The notes: generated by a model from the sequence alone, not told the origin. 64,000 nucleotides of DNA from an uncultured Verrucomicrobiae bacterium (GCA_963707025.1 CAVPOM010000018.1:384001-448000), one strand, 5' to 3'; shown: positions 21,109-31,768, numbered from the stretch's first letter. Made by a program: numbers and translations.

Positions 21109-21726
21109 CCGGCCGATGATGGAGATGGTGCCCGCCCCTGCGCCAGCGCAAAATGCCAGGCCTGTCGGAAGCAGGCGGTGGCTTTGCCACACCCGACAGC
21201 GTATTTCAGGAACCAACCCCGGTCGCCCTTCCCGTCCACTTCGTCCAGTTCGTCCACGCTGTCTGCGCGGTCCCATCTTCTTCAAGATCGCGATTACTGC
21301 TGCTCTCTTAATGAGGGCCATGCAGTCAAAACCGGCCCTGCCGGGGAGGTGCCTTTGGGAACTAGGTGGCGCTCCGGCTGCCCCGCCCCGCAAATCCAAA
21401 CAAGGCGACCCCTTTTCCAGGGCAAGAATCTGCTTCGCTTGTAACTGGTTACCCGCTGCCATATGGCATTCTCGTCTGGAAACGACTCAGGATTGCCGCT
21501 GACATGGTTCTGCTCGATTTACCCTGCCATCGTTCGGACAATAAAGGCAACGCGCTGTGGGCCACACTGGCGGCGCTGGCCATGGCCATCGGCGGAAGAA
21601 ATCCGCCCGATCTGCTGGACGCCTGATCGGGCAGGGAGACTGGTTTCACACCCGTGGCTCAAGGGCCAAGCAAGCCACTCAGAGTCTGGTGCAAGCCAGC
21701 CTTCAACCGCAGTTCTTCGCAATGCG

Positions 21727-21760
21727 AAACCCCGCGCCGGAAGAACCGGCACGGGGTTTT
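21727..21760. terminator. Intrinsic terminator downstream of the VPDGG-CTERM gene
   Basis: AAACCCCGCGCCGG-AAGAA-CCGGCACGGGGTTTT. Confidence 0.7.
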
Positions 21761-21811
21761 AACAAAAGCGGATAGGAACGATTCGCGAACGCCTTGCTGT
21801 GGCGGGCAACG

Positions 21812-22644
21812 TTACGCCGCCCGTCGGCCGCCCGATCTACGGGCAAAAACCGACAGACCGGCCAGACCCAAGCCCAGCAGCGCCAGCGTCGCGCCGCCAT
21901 CCGGCACCGGAGGATTCTGATTGCCGTATCCTGTTCCCCCCCGAACCAAACCAATTGGTTTTGGGCTGAACCGCTGCTGTCTGATAAATTGAGAATTCCC
22001 ACGTTATAAAGGCCGTAGCTGGCGGCCGTTACGCTGGCGTCTGCAAGGGCCAAAGAACCGCCAAACTCATTCAATGCGTCTGCGTAGAAAATGTTGTTTG
22101 CGGCGGTCGGCGTAACATACTTCCCATCGCCGTAAACGGCCTCGCCCATCAGCGCCCAGATGGCGGCCTGCAATGCGCCAGCGTCGGTCTGCCTCGTGGC
22201 ACTGAGGCCAGCGGTGGTTGTGCCGGTGCCGGAGTTAGCGTAATCGTAACCATTCAACTTGCCTTGGGCGAACTCCCCGTAAAGCCATGCCACACCCGCC
22301 GACAGAGGGATACCGTTTTGGGGTGAGCCTACGGTGTTCAAGCTCGCGGCGAGGTAATTGTAGGTATTACCCGGATAAAAATCCACCGACGTTTGCAGGC
22401 AGAATGTCTGGAAGCCTACATTGCCACCGACGGTTTGCACCACCTGAGAGCCAGTGTACATGTAAGCAGCATCCAAGCCCGGAGTGCTTACAGCGGTGAA
22501 CTCGCCACCAACATCATAACTATACGGCCCTTGGAACAATTGAAGAGTCCCGGTTATACTCGGTGGTTGCGCCATCACGACAGGAGAAAGCACGCCAGCC
22601 GCCAGAACCAAACCCGCCAATCCGATGCTTTTAATTCTAATCAT
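21812..22644 (-). CDS. VPDSG/PEP-CTERM-type sorted surface protein; frameshift in a G7 tract (21936-21942)
   Basis: Signal peptide; FQTFCL, LQAAIW, QNQL motifs; the alternate frame gives NPPVPDGGATLALLGLGLAGLSVFARRSGGRRAA-stop. Confidence 0.88.
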
Positions 22645-22713
22645 AATATCTCAGCTTTTCACTGCGCAATCGCCGCTCAACAACGCGCGTTTTAATACAA
22701 TCCGGCTAGATTC

Positions 22714-22730
22714 AGCACTTCCCATGCCTA
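22714..22730 (-). promoter_or_regulatory. sigma54 -24/-12 promoter
   Basis: TAGGCATGGGAAGTGCT (GG-N10-GC) 70 nt upstream of the VPDGG gene. Confidence 0.6.
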
Positions 22731-22904
22731 ATTCCATTGCGGGCGGAGTCAGCGCAGGATTGGTCTCGTCCCACAGACCGAGAGTGTATGTGCAAAGTGC
22801 TTATAATAAGTATGTTACAACACTTTACAATATTCAAAAAACCAAGGAATTAACCCCGAATGCCCCCGTTCCATACCGCGCTTTTACCTGCAAAAGTGTA
22901 TTTT

Positions 22905-22921
22905 TGTCAGGAATCACTACA
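22905..22921. promoter_or_regulatory. Candidate PrsR enhancer box (TGT-N11-ACA)
   Basis: TGTCAGGAATCACTACA; 13/17 identical to the reverse complement of 61726-61742. Confidence 0.6.
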
Positions 22922-23115
22922 CTTTTTGGCTGCTGCCGGGCAACCCTGACCTGACGGAAACCTCAGGACCCAATGCCGGACGCCGCGCAGGATCAGGCTC
23001 GCCCCATCACTGCCCGGAGGCACACCAGTGACGCCTCATTTGCCGCAAAAGTTTACTTTGATTCCGTGCCATGCCCCTTTAGCATCGCCAAAAATGGCCA
23101 GCATGAACCATCCAT

Positions 23116-24309
23116 TTGTACTTCCCAATCCCGTCGAGAATCATTTCGCCGATCCAATCGAGCTCCCGGGTCCACCCCCCTCCTCCGCTCTTGAACCGGG
23201 ACAGGTGGTCCATTGGCCCGGCGCTTCTGCTCGTCGTCATCCTTCTTGCCGTCGCCACCAGCTCTGGCGCCCTGGTCATCATTCCGGTTTGGGACAGTTC
23301 GATCACCAGCGACCCCAACGCCGCCACCATCACGAACACCATCAAAATGGCGATTCAGTTTTACGAGGCGCGTTTCGCCGACCCGATCACAGTGTCCATC
23401 GAGTTCCAGGAAACGAACGTTAGCCTGGGCGTGCAGACTTTCTATTACTACCCCATCACCTACAACGAATTCATCAGCAGTCTCCATCACGATGCCACCA
23501 CGACGAATGACGCCTATGCCTTGGCTCATCTTCCTTATGGCCTAAGCAACACGGTCCCTGTTGACCTGACCAATCCGGTCACCGGCAGCCCGACCATCGA
23601 AGTCCATACCGCCAACCTCAAAGCGATCGGCATCACCGGCTACAACTCCGAACTGCCCGGCGGGGTTGACGGCATAGTCAGTCTGAACACCTCCATCATG
23701 AATCTCACCCGCGGCTCCGTTGATCCGTCCAAATACGATCTCCTGTCCGTCGCCGAGCACGAGATAGATGAAGTCCTCGGCTTGGGATCAGGCCTCCAGG
23801 ACGGCGTTGGCCCCTTTCCCCAGGATCTCTTCCGCTACACTTCCGCCGGGACCCGAACGTTCACTACCAACGGGGATGACGCCTGGTTCTCCCTGGATGG
23901 CACGAATCTCCTGGTGCAATTCAACCAGCAATCCGACGGCGACTATGGCGATTGGCACACATCAAGCACGCCGAGGGTGCAGGACGCTTTCGGCACACCC
24001 GGTGCGACGCCCAACATGGGTGTCGAACTCATCGCTCTCGATGTCCAGGGCTACAACCTCCTGCCTCCGCCGCAGCCTGGCATCGTCAGCATCGCCCTGT
24101 CCGGGACCAATCTGGTGGTCAGCGGGACCAACGGCCTGGCCACCGGCACCTATTACCTGTTGGCGAGCACGAACATGGCGCTGGCCTTGAACCAGTGGCC
24201 GCGGGTGGCGACCAATTTCATGACCAACAATGGAAATTTCACCTTCACCGCCACCAACACCGTCAACCCCCAATCGGCCCAGCAGTTCTATATCCTCCAA
24301 TTGCAATGA
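23116..24309 (+). CDS. Secreted putative zinc metalloprotease (NF038122-like) with C-terminal TNL/FY domain
   Basis: TANLKAIG, YDLLSVAEHEIDEVLGLGS, DLFRY, FSLDG, DVQGY. Confidence 0.78.
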   Translation: MYFPIPSRIISPIQSSSRVHPPPPLLNRDRWSIGPALLLVVILLAVATSSGALVIIPVWDSSITSDPNAATITNTIKMAIQFYEARFADPITVSIEFQETNVSLGVQTFYYYPITYNEFISSLHHDATTTNDAYALAHLPYGLSNTVPVDLTNPVTGSPTIEVHTANLKAIGITGYNSELPGGVDGIVSLNTSIMNLTRGSVDPSKYDLLSVAEHEIDEVLGLGSGLQDGVGPFPQDLFRYTSAGTRTFTTNGDDAWFSLDGTNLLVQFNQQSDGDYGDWHTSSTPRVQDAFGTPGATPNMGVELIALDVQGYNLLPPPQPGIVSIALSGTNLVVSGTNGLATGTYYLLASTNMALALNQWPRVATNFMTNNGNFTFTATNTVNPQSAQQFYILQLQ

Positions 24310-24363
24310 GCCGACGTTTCTCCTCTGAAGGCCAGGGAGGGCTGGATGGAAAGAAAACTTCCG

Positions 24364-24852
24364 TCAGATCAGTTCCAGATTTGTGGCCTCCATTTTCAGC
24401 GCCGCGGCCTGGCCGATAAAATCCAACCGCAGCAGGACGGTGTTCATGCCGTAGCGTTGTTCGACCCAGCCCCCGATTCCTTGCAGCGGTCCATGTTTGA
24501 TTTTGACGCGCATGCCCTCTCCTATCGCGGGCGCCAGGCGTATCTCCAGGCCCGTCTCTAACGCACAGAGAATCTCTGTCAGTTGCCGGCGGAAGAGTTT
24601 CTGGTCAATCACCTCCAACAGGTTCGCCAAACAATCACTTTGGTAAATCTTCCCGCGCTGGTTGTTCGAAATCTGGAGAAAGACGTAACCAGGAAACAAC
24701 GGTTTGTCAAACACCACCGTTTTCCCGCGATATTTGTGAGAGGCCCGGTAGCACGGCAGAGTGACGGATAGATCTTCTCGCTGGCAAAACCGAACCAGCT
24801 TTTTCTCACAGCGTGGCTTAGTGTGGGCCACGAACCAGGGTAAATCATCCAT
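24364..24852 (-). CDS. NusG-paralog transcription antiterminator (RfaH/UpxY/LoaP-like)
   Basis: WFVAHTKPRCEKK, PLFPGYVF, KOW GMRVKIKHGPLQG. Confidence 0.9.
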   Translation of the reverse strand: MDDLPWFVAHTKPRCEKKLVRFCQREDLSVTLPCYRASHKYRGKTVVFDKPLFPGYVFLQISNNQRGKIYQSDCLANLLEVIDQKLFRRQLTEILCALETGLEIRLAPAIGEGMRVKIKHGPLQGIGGWVEQRYGMNTVLLRLDFIGQAAALKMEATNLELI

Positions 24853-25030
24853 GAACTCAGATTGATCATTTGCGGCCGGGAAGCAAGCCTGCATTAAGCG
24901 ATGCCAATGGTGAAAAACTTCCTTCATCAAGCCGGCGCGAGCCTGGGTCGTGTGTGATTGTAATCACGCACGACCCGAACCTGTGCTAATGTTAGGGCGT
25001 TTGTCTGAACTTAACACAGTCCGGGAAATT

Positions 25031-26839
25031 ATGAATGAATTTTTAAGGAACATAATATCGGCTTGCGGATCAAATCTCGATTTGCGTGATCGCGTTACGG
25101 AGTATTGGCGCTTGAAACGTCTGAACTCCCGCTTGTCCGTCGTCGTGCAAGGCTGCATTTTGGTCATGCTGAGTGCGGTCTTTCGGGCGAATGGCGCCGT
25201 CAATGTCACCCAATACCATAACCACCTTTCGCGCGACGGTTTTTATGTGGATCCCGCGTTCACGACCGCGCTGGCCGCCGGTCTGGCGCGGGACACGGCG
25301 TTTGTCGGAAGCATTACAGGCAATGTTTACGCCCAACCACTCTACATTGAAGGCGGGCCGAGGGGCCGGGCGGTCATCATCGCCGTGACTGAGTCAAACA
25401 ATGTTTTCGCGCTCAACGCCGTCAACGGGAGCGTCGTCTGGCAAACCAATGTGGCTCCGCCGGTGGCCTCCAACGCCCTCCCCTGCGGCAACCTTTCCCC
25501 GTTTGGCATTTCGGGCACGCCCGTGGTGGACCTGCCGTCGCGCGCGCTCTTCTTTGACGCGATGACCAAGGATCCGGTCACCGCCACGGTCAAACACCTT
25601 ATTTTCTCGTTGAACGTGGATACTGGGGACATCAACCCCGGCTGGCCGGTTGACGTTAATAGCACGGCAAAATTCGGAACGACGGTCTTCACCTCGACGG
25701 CCCAGGGCCAGCGCGGCGCCCTGGCCATCGTTGGCACCAATCTTTACGTGCCCTACGGCGGCCTTTACGGCGATTGCGGGACTTATTACGGCTGGGTGGT
25801 TGGCGTGCCGCTCAACAATCCCGGCACGGTCATGGCGTGGGCCACCCAGGCGCGTGGAGGCGGCGCCTGGGCGGTGGGCGGTGTGGCCAGCGACGGGGTG
25901 AATCCGTTGGTGGCCACCGGCAACACATTCAGCGCCAGTTCGTGGGGCGGTGGCGAGGCGGTGCTGCGTCTCCAGCCCAGCCTGGTCCTGACCAACGGCA
26001 TAACCAACTACTGGGCGCCGACCAACTGGCGCACGCTGGACACGAATGACCTTGATCTCGGCGGCTCCGGCCCGTTGCTGGTGGACGTGCCCGGGGCCAC
26101 GCCTTCAAATCTGGTGGTTGCGCTTGGCAAAGATGGAAATGCCTATCTCCTCAATCGCACCAACCTGGGCGGGATCAGCCTGCCGCTGGCGCAAGCGCAT
26201 GTGGCCGGCGGCAGCATCATCCAGGCGGCCGCCACCTACCGGACAGCGCTCGGCAGCTACGTTTTTTTTGCCAATGCCAATCAGCTCATTGCCCTCCGTA
26301 TCGGAGCCAGCAATCCGCCCACCATCACGACCGTTTGGACTGCGACGGAAAATGGGCGCGGCTCCCCGTTTGTCACCTCAACGGACGGCTCGAACAATGT
26401 AATCGTTTGGGGCATCGGCTCCGAAGGCGACCAGCGGCTGCACGGGTTCGATGGCGACACCGGGACGAATGTTTTCACCGGCGGCGGCGCGAGCGAGCTG
26501 ATGACCGGCACCAGGCGTTTCAGCACAGGCATTGTGGCGCGCGGGCGCATTTATATCGCCAACGACAACATGGTTTACGCTTTCAGCGTGCCGGGACGGA
26601 CCGTGACATCCATCACTCTGACTAATCTGAGCTTGCTGAAAGGAGGCGCTTTTCAATTCTCCTTCACCAACCTGCCGGGCGCTAACTTCGATGTGTTTGG
26701 CACCACGAATCTGACTGATCCATTGACCAACTGGGACTGGCTGGGCGGGGTTACGGAAGTTTCTTCCGGCCAGTTCCAGTTCACCGACACGCCGGCGACC
26801 AACTACCCGAAACGCTTCTATCGTGTCGTCTCCCCTTAA
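25031..26839 (+). CDS. Secreted PQQ-like beta-propeller protein with C-terminal TNL/FYR domain; start uncertain
   Basis: VTQYHNHLSRDG, VYAQPLY, GISGTPVVD, DLDLGGSGP, GKDGNAYLLNR. Confidence 0.82.
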   Translation: MNEFLRNIISACGSNLDLRDRVTEYWRLKRLNSRLSVVVQGCILVMLSAVFRANGAVNVTQYHNHLSRDGFYVDPAFTTALAAGLARDTAFVGSITGNVYAQPLYIEGGPRGRAVIIAVTESNNVFALNAVNGSVVWQTNVAPPVASNALPCGNLSPFGISGTPVVDLPSRALFFDAMTKDPVTATVKHLIFSLNVDTGDINPGWPVDVNSTAKFGTTVFTSTAQGQRGALAIVGTNLYVPYGGLYGDCGTYYGWVVGVPLNNPGTVMAWATQARGGGAWAVGGVASDGVNPLVATGNTFSASSWGGGEAVLRLQPSLVLTNGITNYWAPTNWRTLDTNDLDLGGSGPLLVDVPGATPSNLVVALGKDGNAYLLNRTNLGGISLPLAQAHVAGGSIIQAAATYRTALGSYVFFANANQLIALRIGASNPPTITTVWTATENGRGSPFVTSTDGSNNVIVWGIGSEGDQRLHGFDGDTGTNVFTGGGASELMTGTRRFSTGIVARGRIYIANDNMVYAFSVPGRTVTSITLTNLSLLKGGAFQFSFTNLPGANFDVFGTTNLTDPLTNWDWLGGVTEVSSGQFQFTDTPATNYPKRFYRVVSP

Positions 26840-26984
26840 GAGTTTATCCGTAAATTATAGTTCCAATATTCCCACATTCCGGTTCCCCGACGTTTTCGGT
26901 GGGTTCTACTTTTTGGAAAGACGACAGGAGAAGGCGCCTGCCGGCAAAGACCTTTCCATGAATGTGCCGCATCGAACAAACCTC

Positions 26985-27375
26985 TTACCCACTGAAAACG
27001 CCGGGGAACCTTTTTTTTGCGCCCGCCGCCCGTTCGGCGCGGGTTTTTTCCACCAGGAGTTGAAAGTACTGCGCCATCAGTGCTTGAACCCGATGGCCGC
27101 CGGCGATGGCGGCCTGGAGGCCGGGCACTTGATCGGCAGGCACGTAGCGGGAGACATTGCGGCCCTTTTCATAGCATTGGTGATTGTAGTAGGGGCCTTG
27201 CGGGCCTTGGCGCAGGACGCTGACGGTGCCGCGCTCCAGACGCTGAATTCGGGCGATGTCGCGCAGGAGCGATTGGGGAGTGGGTTTGGCATTCATGGAT
27301 GGAAGTATATGTGTATAACATATACACGGCCACAAAAAAAAGAAAAACTAAACTTGAAGAATTATCTCCTGCACC
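26985..27375 (-). mobile_element. Truncated left end of an ISKra4-like element carrying only the small accessory ORF (26985..27296, DUF6788-like)
   Basis: ORF MNAKPT..ERGTVS..GPYYNHQ..GRNVSRYVP..AKK; IR-like GGTGCAGGAGATAA starting at 27375; palindrome GTGTATA-ACA-TATACAC; no transposase follows. Confidence 0.55.
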
Positions 27376-27589
27376 AAAAAGGGGACGGAGCCAGGCTTTT
27401 CCGCCTGTTGCGCCCGATGCTGTTGCAGGCCATCGGAAGAATGCCGAACCGAACTCGCTACCAACTTGCGGCCGGCCTGAGGGCGGGCGCTGGAATCAGC
27501 GTGCGCGACGCGATGTTGGCGCGATAACGAGCGAGCCCGCGAATGGCGCCGAGGCGATGAGCCACCGCGGCCCGTGCCGGCCGCCAGAC

Positions 27590-28242
27590 TCAACGCGCGT
27601 CCCCCAGGACCAGCTTCCGGCAGTGGAAGGCCTCGGCGTAGCGGGTGGGCGACGCCATTTCCATGCCCCGCAGGCGCATCAGGCCCTGAAACAAATCCGC
27701 CGAAAACCAATGCTTGTTCCGTTGCGTTCCAAAATAGCGCATCAGCCGCTGCGCCTTCTTGCGACGAATAGCGTCGGACAACGGGACAAAAAAGTTTGGC
27801 GCAGCCAAATCACCGTCGTATTTTGGGATCTCATATTCGAGGATCAGGTGGTGGCGAAAGGTGTTCCAGGTCAGCTCGCAAACCAGGCGATGGTCCTGAT
27901 GAAGGTCATGCCGGAAGTGGGTGAAAATCAGGTCCGGCGAAAACGATTTCTTCAGTTCCTCGAAACACTCCTTGACGGGCGGGCCGAGGTAGGGAAGGAA
28001 ACCGTCGCGGAAGGATTTCACCGCCACGGTCTTTTTGCGCGCGCGTTTTAAAAAAGAGTTGGCGCTGCGGCGCGCTTCGCCGGCCCGCTCCGGATCGGAA
28101 CACAACACCAGCCAGTAGAACTCGATCCGGTCTGAGCCGGCGATGAGGCGCAGGACGGTTCCGCCGCACCCGATTTCGATGTCGTCGCCGTGGGCCCCAG
28201 ACACAGGACCCGTCTGACGCTGTCGAGATGGCAAGTGATCAT
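27590..28242 (-). CDS. PIG-L/LmbE family deacetylase; frameshift (one G missing) at ~28195-28198
   Basis: MITCHLDSVRRVLCLG joins AHGDDIEIGCGG; DLHQDH, YEIPKYDGDL, YAEAF. Confidence 0.88.
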
Positions 28243-28381
28243 GGCCGGCTATTCCGGAAGAGTTGGCTGGCACAGAGCCGGAGAATCCCGGCCCATGCCA
28301 GGAATTTCATCGGGTCGCAGCGCCGGTTTCCACGGGTCCCCGCACAGCCCCGGGTCCATCACGCGGCGCCAGAGGTTCATG

Positions 28382-29647
28382 CTAAAGGACGGTGGCTTCT
28401 GGGATGGGAACCACAAACTTCCCGCCCCATTGGCGAATGTAAGCGAGTTGCTTGACGATTTCATCTTTCAGGTTCCACGGCAGGATCAAGACGTAGTCGG
28501 GCCTGGTCCGGGCAATGTGCTCCGGAGCGTAAATGGGGATATGCGTTCCCGGCAAGAACTTCCCCTGCTTGTATGGATTCCGATCCACCGTGTAGTCGAG
28601 AAAGTCCGTCCTGATGCCGCAGTAATTCAACAAAGTGTTGCCCTTGCCGGGCGCGCCGTAACCGGCCACGGTCTTGCCGGCGCGCCGCGCCGCAATCAGG
28701 AACTCCAGGAGCTTTCGCTTGGTTTCCTTCACTTGTCCGTCGAAGGCGGTGTAGCTCTCCAAATGTGCAAAGCCCAGCTTCTGTTCCTGCTGGCGCAATG
28801 CCGCCACGCGCGGGGTCGCCGGTTTGCCTTCATCCTCGGAATGCCGGGCATAGATGCGGAGGGAGCCGCCATGCGTGGCCAATTCCTCGACGTCGAACAT
28901 CGTCAGTCCGTGACGGGCAAAGGTTTTCTCGGCGGTGAGAAACGAAAAATAGCTGAAATGCTCGTGATAAATCGTGTCGAACTGGTTGGCCTCCATCAGG
29001 CGCAACAGGTGGGGAAATTCCATCGTGATCACGCCGCCGGGCTTGAGCAGCAGCTTCATACCCGCGACAAAATCGTTCAAAGCGGGGACATGGGCCAGGA
29101 CGTTGTTGCCGAGCAGAAGATCGGCCTGCTTGCCTTGGGCCAGCACTTCCCGCGCCGTTTCGACTCCAAAAAACCGCACCAGGGTTGGCACGCCTTTCTT
29201 GATCGCGTGGGGCGCGATGTTGGCGGCCGGATCAATGCCCAGCACCGGGATGGATTTTTGCACGAAATACTGAAGCAGGTAGCCGTCATTGCTGGCCAGT
29301 TCGACCACCAGGCTTTGCGGCCCCAAGCCGAGGCGCCGGGTGATCATGTCCGCATACTCCCGCGCGTGCCGCAGCCACGAGTCGGAGTAGGAGGAAAAAT
29401 AGGCGTACTCGGAATAGATGTGGCTGGCGTTGACGTAATCGCCGAGTTGCACGAGAAAGCATTTTTCGCAGACGAGGGCGTGCAGCGGATAAAACGGCTC
29501 CATCTGGTTGAGTTGTTCCTGGGCGACATAGCTCTCGCACAGCGGTGACATCCCCAAATCTACAAAAGTTCGCCGCAAGGGCGCGCCGCAGAGCCGGCAT
29601 TTGCCCAGTTCAGGTTCGCTTTGGATGGTTGCATTGACCGCGGTCAT
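28382..29647 (-). CDS. NDP-hexose C-methyltransferase (Zn-binding, SAM-dependent)
   Basis: CRLC..DLGMSPL..CEKC, ELASNDG, FDTIYHEH, THGGSLR, YGAPGKG, LPWN. Confidence 0.93.
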   Translation of the reverse strand: MTAVNATIQSEPELGKCRLCGAPLRRTFVDLGMSPLCESYVAQEQLNQMEPFYPLHALVCEKCFLVQLGDYVNASHIYSEYAYFSSYSDSWLRHAREYADMITRRLGLGPQSLVVELASNDGYLLQYFVQKSIPVLGIDPAANIAPHAIKKGVPTLVRFFGVETAREVLAQGKQADLLLGNNVLAHVPALNDFVAGMKLLLKPGGVITMEFPHLLRLMEANQFDTIYHEHFSYFSFLTAEKTFARHGLTMFDVEELATHGGSLRIYARHSEDEGKPATPRVAALRQQEQKLGFAHLESYTAFDGQVKETKRKLLEFLIAARRAGKTVAGYGAPGKGNTLLNYCGIRTDFLDYTVDRNPYKQGKFLPGTHIPIYAPEHIARTRPDYVLILPWNLKDEIVKQLAYIRQWGGKFVVPIPEATVL

Positions 29648-29659
29648 GGGAGGCCGGCC

Positions 29660-30973
29660 TTAATTGAGCCGGCGGTAAACGGGCTTGACGGGCCGGCCGG
29701 CGAGAAATTTTCCGACGCCGTCCTCCAGCGCCTTGCGATAGACAACCAGCGCCGCCTGCACGGCCTCGACGGTGCGCTGAAGGTCGCGGTCGGAATGCGA
29801 ATAGCTGACGATGAAGGAAGGCGCCAGGATGCCGCGTTTGAGTATTTCCTGCAAAAACAACGTGCGGAATTCCTGGGACGGGCGCTGCTCCGCATCGCGG
29901 GTTCCATAGGTCAGGCAGCAGGGTTTGCCGGCGAGGGAGAAGAAGCCCTGCAGCTTGGCGTCGGCAATGGCCTGCGCGATTCCGGCGGCCAGTTTTCGGC
30001 CTTGCTCCCAGAGCGTCGGCACGACCGGTTCCCGCTGGTAGATGCGCATCACCTCCAGGGCGGCAGCCAGAGAATGGGTCTCGGCTCCATGCGTCGTGGA
30101 GAGAAGGAAAACGCGCGGCTGGTCGTGGTCCAGTCCCCCAAGCCGCATGATCTCCCGCAGGCCGGCCAGGGCCGAGATCGAAAAGCCGTTGCCCAGCGCC
30201 TTGCCGAAGGTGGAAAGATCGGGGACAACATTGTAATAAGCCTGCGCGCCCCCATTGTGCCAACGAAAGCCCGTGATCATTTCGTCCAGGATCAAAAGTG
30301 CGCCCTCCCGGAGGCAAAGGTCGCGCAGCCCAGTCAGGAAGCCCTCCGCCGGCGGCGTGTCCTTTTCCACCTCCAGCATGGCCGCGGCAATCCGCCCGGG
30401 ATGGCGGCGGAACAAGTCTTCGGCGCTGGCGAGATCGTTGTAACGAAATCCCACCGTGAGATCCTTCACCGCCTGCGGGATGCCGGCATTGATGGCCGTC
30501 GTGCCAATGAACCAGTCACCGACGGAAAAGAACGGTTGGTCCCGGCATATCGCAATCAGGTCGCGGCCGGTGTGGGCCCGCGCCAGCTTGACCGCCCCAT
30601 CGTTGGCGTCGGAGCCATTCTTGGCGAATTTGACCATGTCGGCGCCGGGCACCAGTTCCAGCAGTTTCTCGGCGCATTCCAGCTCGATGGGAGAGGGGCG
30701 GTTGAAGTTGCTGCCCTGGCTCAACTGGCGGGAGGCCGCCTCCACCACCGCTTGGTAAGCGTGTCCAAGAGTGACCGTCCGCAGCCCCATCGCGTACTCA
30801 ATGTATTCGTTCCCCTCAATGTCCCATACATGGCAGCCCTTGCCATGGGTGATGTAGATCGGCGGCGTTTCCGGATATTGGTCATCACCTTTTGCGTAGG
30901 TGTGGCCGCCCCCGGGGATGACCTGGTGGAACCGGCTTTGGAGCTGGCGCGATCTGTTGGCGTTGGCATCCAT
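29660..30973 (-). CDS. Class-III PLP aminotransferase (glutamate-1-semialdehyde aminomutase-like paralog)
   Basis: HTYAKGDDQ, KNGSD, LDEMITGFR, TFGKALGNG. Confidence 0.9.
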   Translation of the reverse strand: MDANANRSRQLQSRFHQVIPGGGHTYAKGDDQYPETPPIYITHGKGCHVWDIEGNEYIEYAMGLRTVTLGHAYQAVVEAASRQLSQGSNFNRPSPIELECAEKLLELVPGADMVKFAKNGSDANDGAVKLARAHTGRDLIAICRDQPFFSVGDWFIGTTAINAGIPQAVKDLTVGFRYNDLASAEDLFRRHPGRIAAAMLEVEKDTPPAEGFLTGLRDLCLREGALLILDEMITGFRWHNGGAQAYYNVVPDLSTFGKALGNGFSISALAGLREIMRLGGLDHDQPRVFLLSTTHGAETHSLAAALEVMRIYQREPVVPTLWEQGRKLAAGIAQAIADAKLQGFFSLAGKPCCLTYGTRDAEQRPSQEFRTLFLQEILKRGILAPSFIVSYSHSDRDLQRTVEAVQAALVVYRKALEDGVGKFLAGRPVKPVYRRLN

Positions 30974-30982
30974 CGCAGTGTG

Positions 30983-31768
30983 TCAGCGATTGGCCTTGCG
31001 CTTCCAGACTTCCCAGGGCGCATCGCCGGCCGCGCAAAGGTCGGACAATTCCTGCTGCTCCTTGAAGGTGTCCATTGACCAAAACCGGCCGTATTTGTAT
31101 CCCATGACCAGGTTTTTCTTGATCAACCGGTCGAAGGGCGGGCCGACCAGATCCTCCCCTTCCCGGATGTAATCAAAAATCTCCCGGCGGAAGGTGAAGA
31201 AGCCGGCGTTGACCAGCAGGCCCGCCGCGCTCACCGGCTCGATGCGGCTGACATGGCAGCCGCCCCGCAATCTGACGGTGTGGAAGGTCTGGGAGGGCGG
31301 GGCGCAGACAAACGCGGCCACCTTGCCGCTGCGTTTGAATTTTTGCAGCATCCTGGGCAGGGGCATATCGGTCAGGCCGTCGCTGTAATTGGCGAGGAAG
31401 TATTCGTCGTTCCCCAGGAGATGGCGCACTTTCATGAGGCGCTGGCCGATGCAGGTGCTCAGCCCCGTGTCCACAAAGGTGATGTTCCAATCCTGGGTGT
31501 CGCTCGTGATCAAAGACACGGCCTTGCCTCCGCCCGACAGCACGAAGTCGTTCGAGATGCACTCGTCGTAGTGCAGAAAGTAGTCCTTGATCTTGTCCGC
31601 CCTGTACCCGAGGCAGATGATGAAGTCCTTGTGCCCGAAGTGGGCGTAATATTTCATCACATGCCAGAGCACCGGACGATAACCGATGGGCACAAGGGGC
31701 TTGGGGATATTGTCGCCGTACTCGCGCAACCTTGTCCCCAGCCCTCCGCAAAACAGAACTACTTTCAT
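30983..31768 (-). CDS. rfbF: Glucose-1-phosphate cytidylyltransferase
   Basis: VVLFCGGLGTRLRE, PKPLV, WNITFVDTG, NYSDG, FWSMDTFKE. Confidence 0.9.
   Translation of the reverse strand: MKVVLFCGGLGTRLREYGDNIPKPLVPIGYRPVLWHVMKYYAHFGHKDFIICLGYRADKIKDYFLHYDECISNDFVLSGGGKAVSLITSDTQDWNITFVDTGLSTCIGQRLMKVRHLLGNDEYFLANYSDGLTDMPLPRMLQKFKRSGKVAAFVCAPPSQTFHTVRLRGGCHVSRIEPVSAAGLLVNAGFFTFRREIFDYIREGEDLVGPPFDRLIKKNLVMGYKYGRFWSMDTFKEQQELSDLCAAGDAPWEVWKRKANR

Noticed and set aside
21109..21700. Possible decayed gene between metF and the VPDGG gene
   Set aside because: No frame gives an identifiable protein.
24888..24907. sigma54-like TTGGCATCGCTTAATGCA upstream of the NusG paralog
   Set aside because: GG-to-GC spacing is 11, not the required 10.
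29660..30973. Calling this gene hemL
   Set aside because: Glycan-operon context and the divergent HTYAKGDDQ N-terminus point to a paralog.
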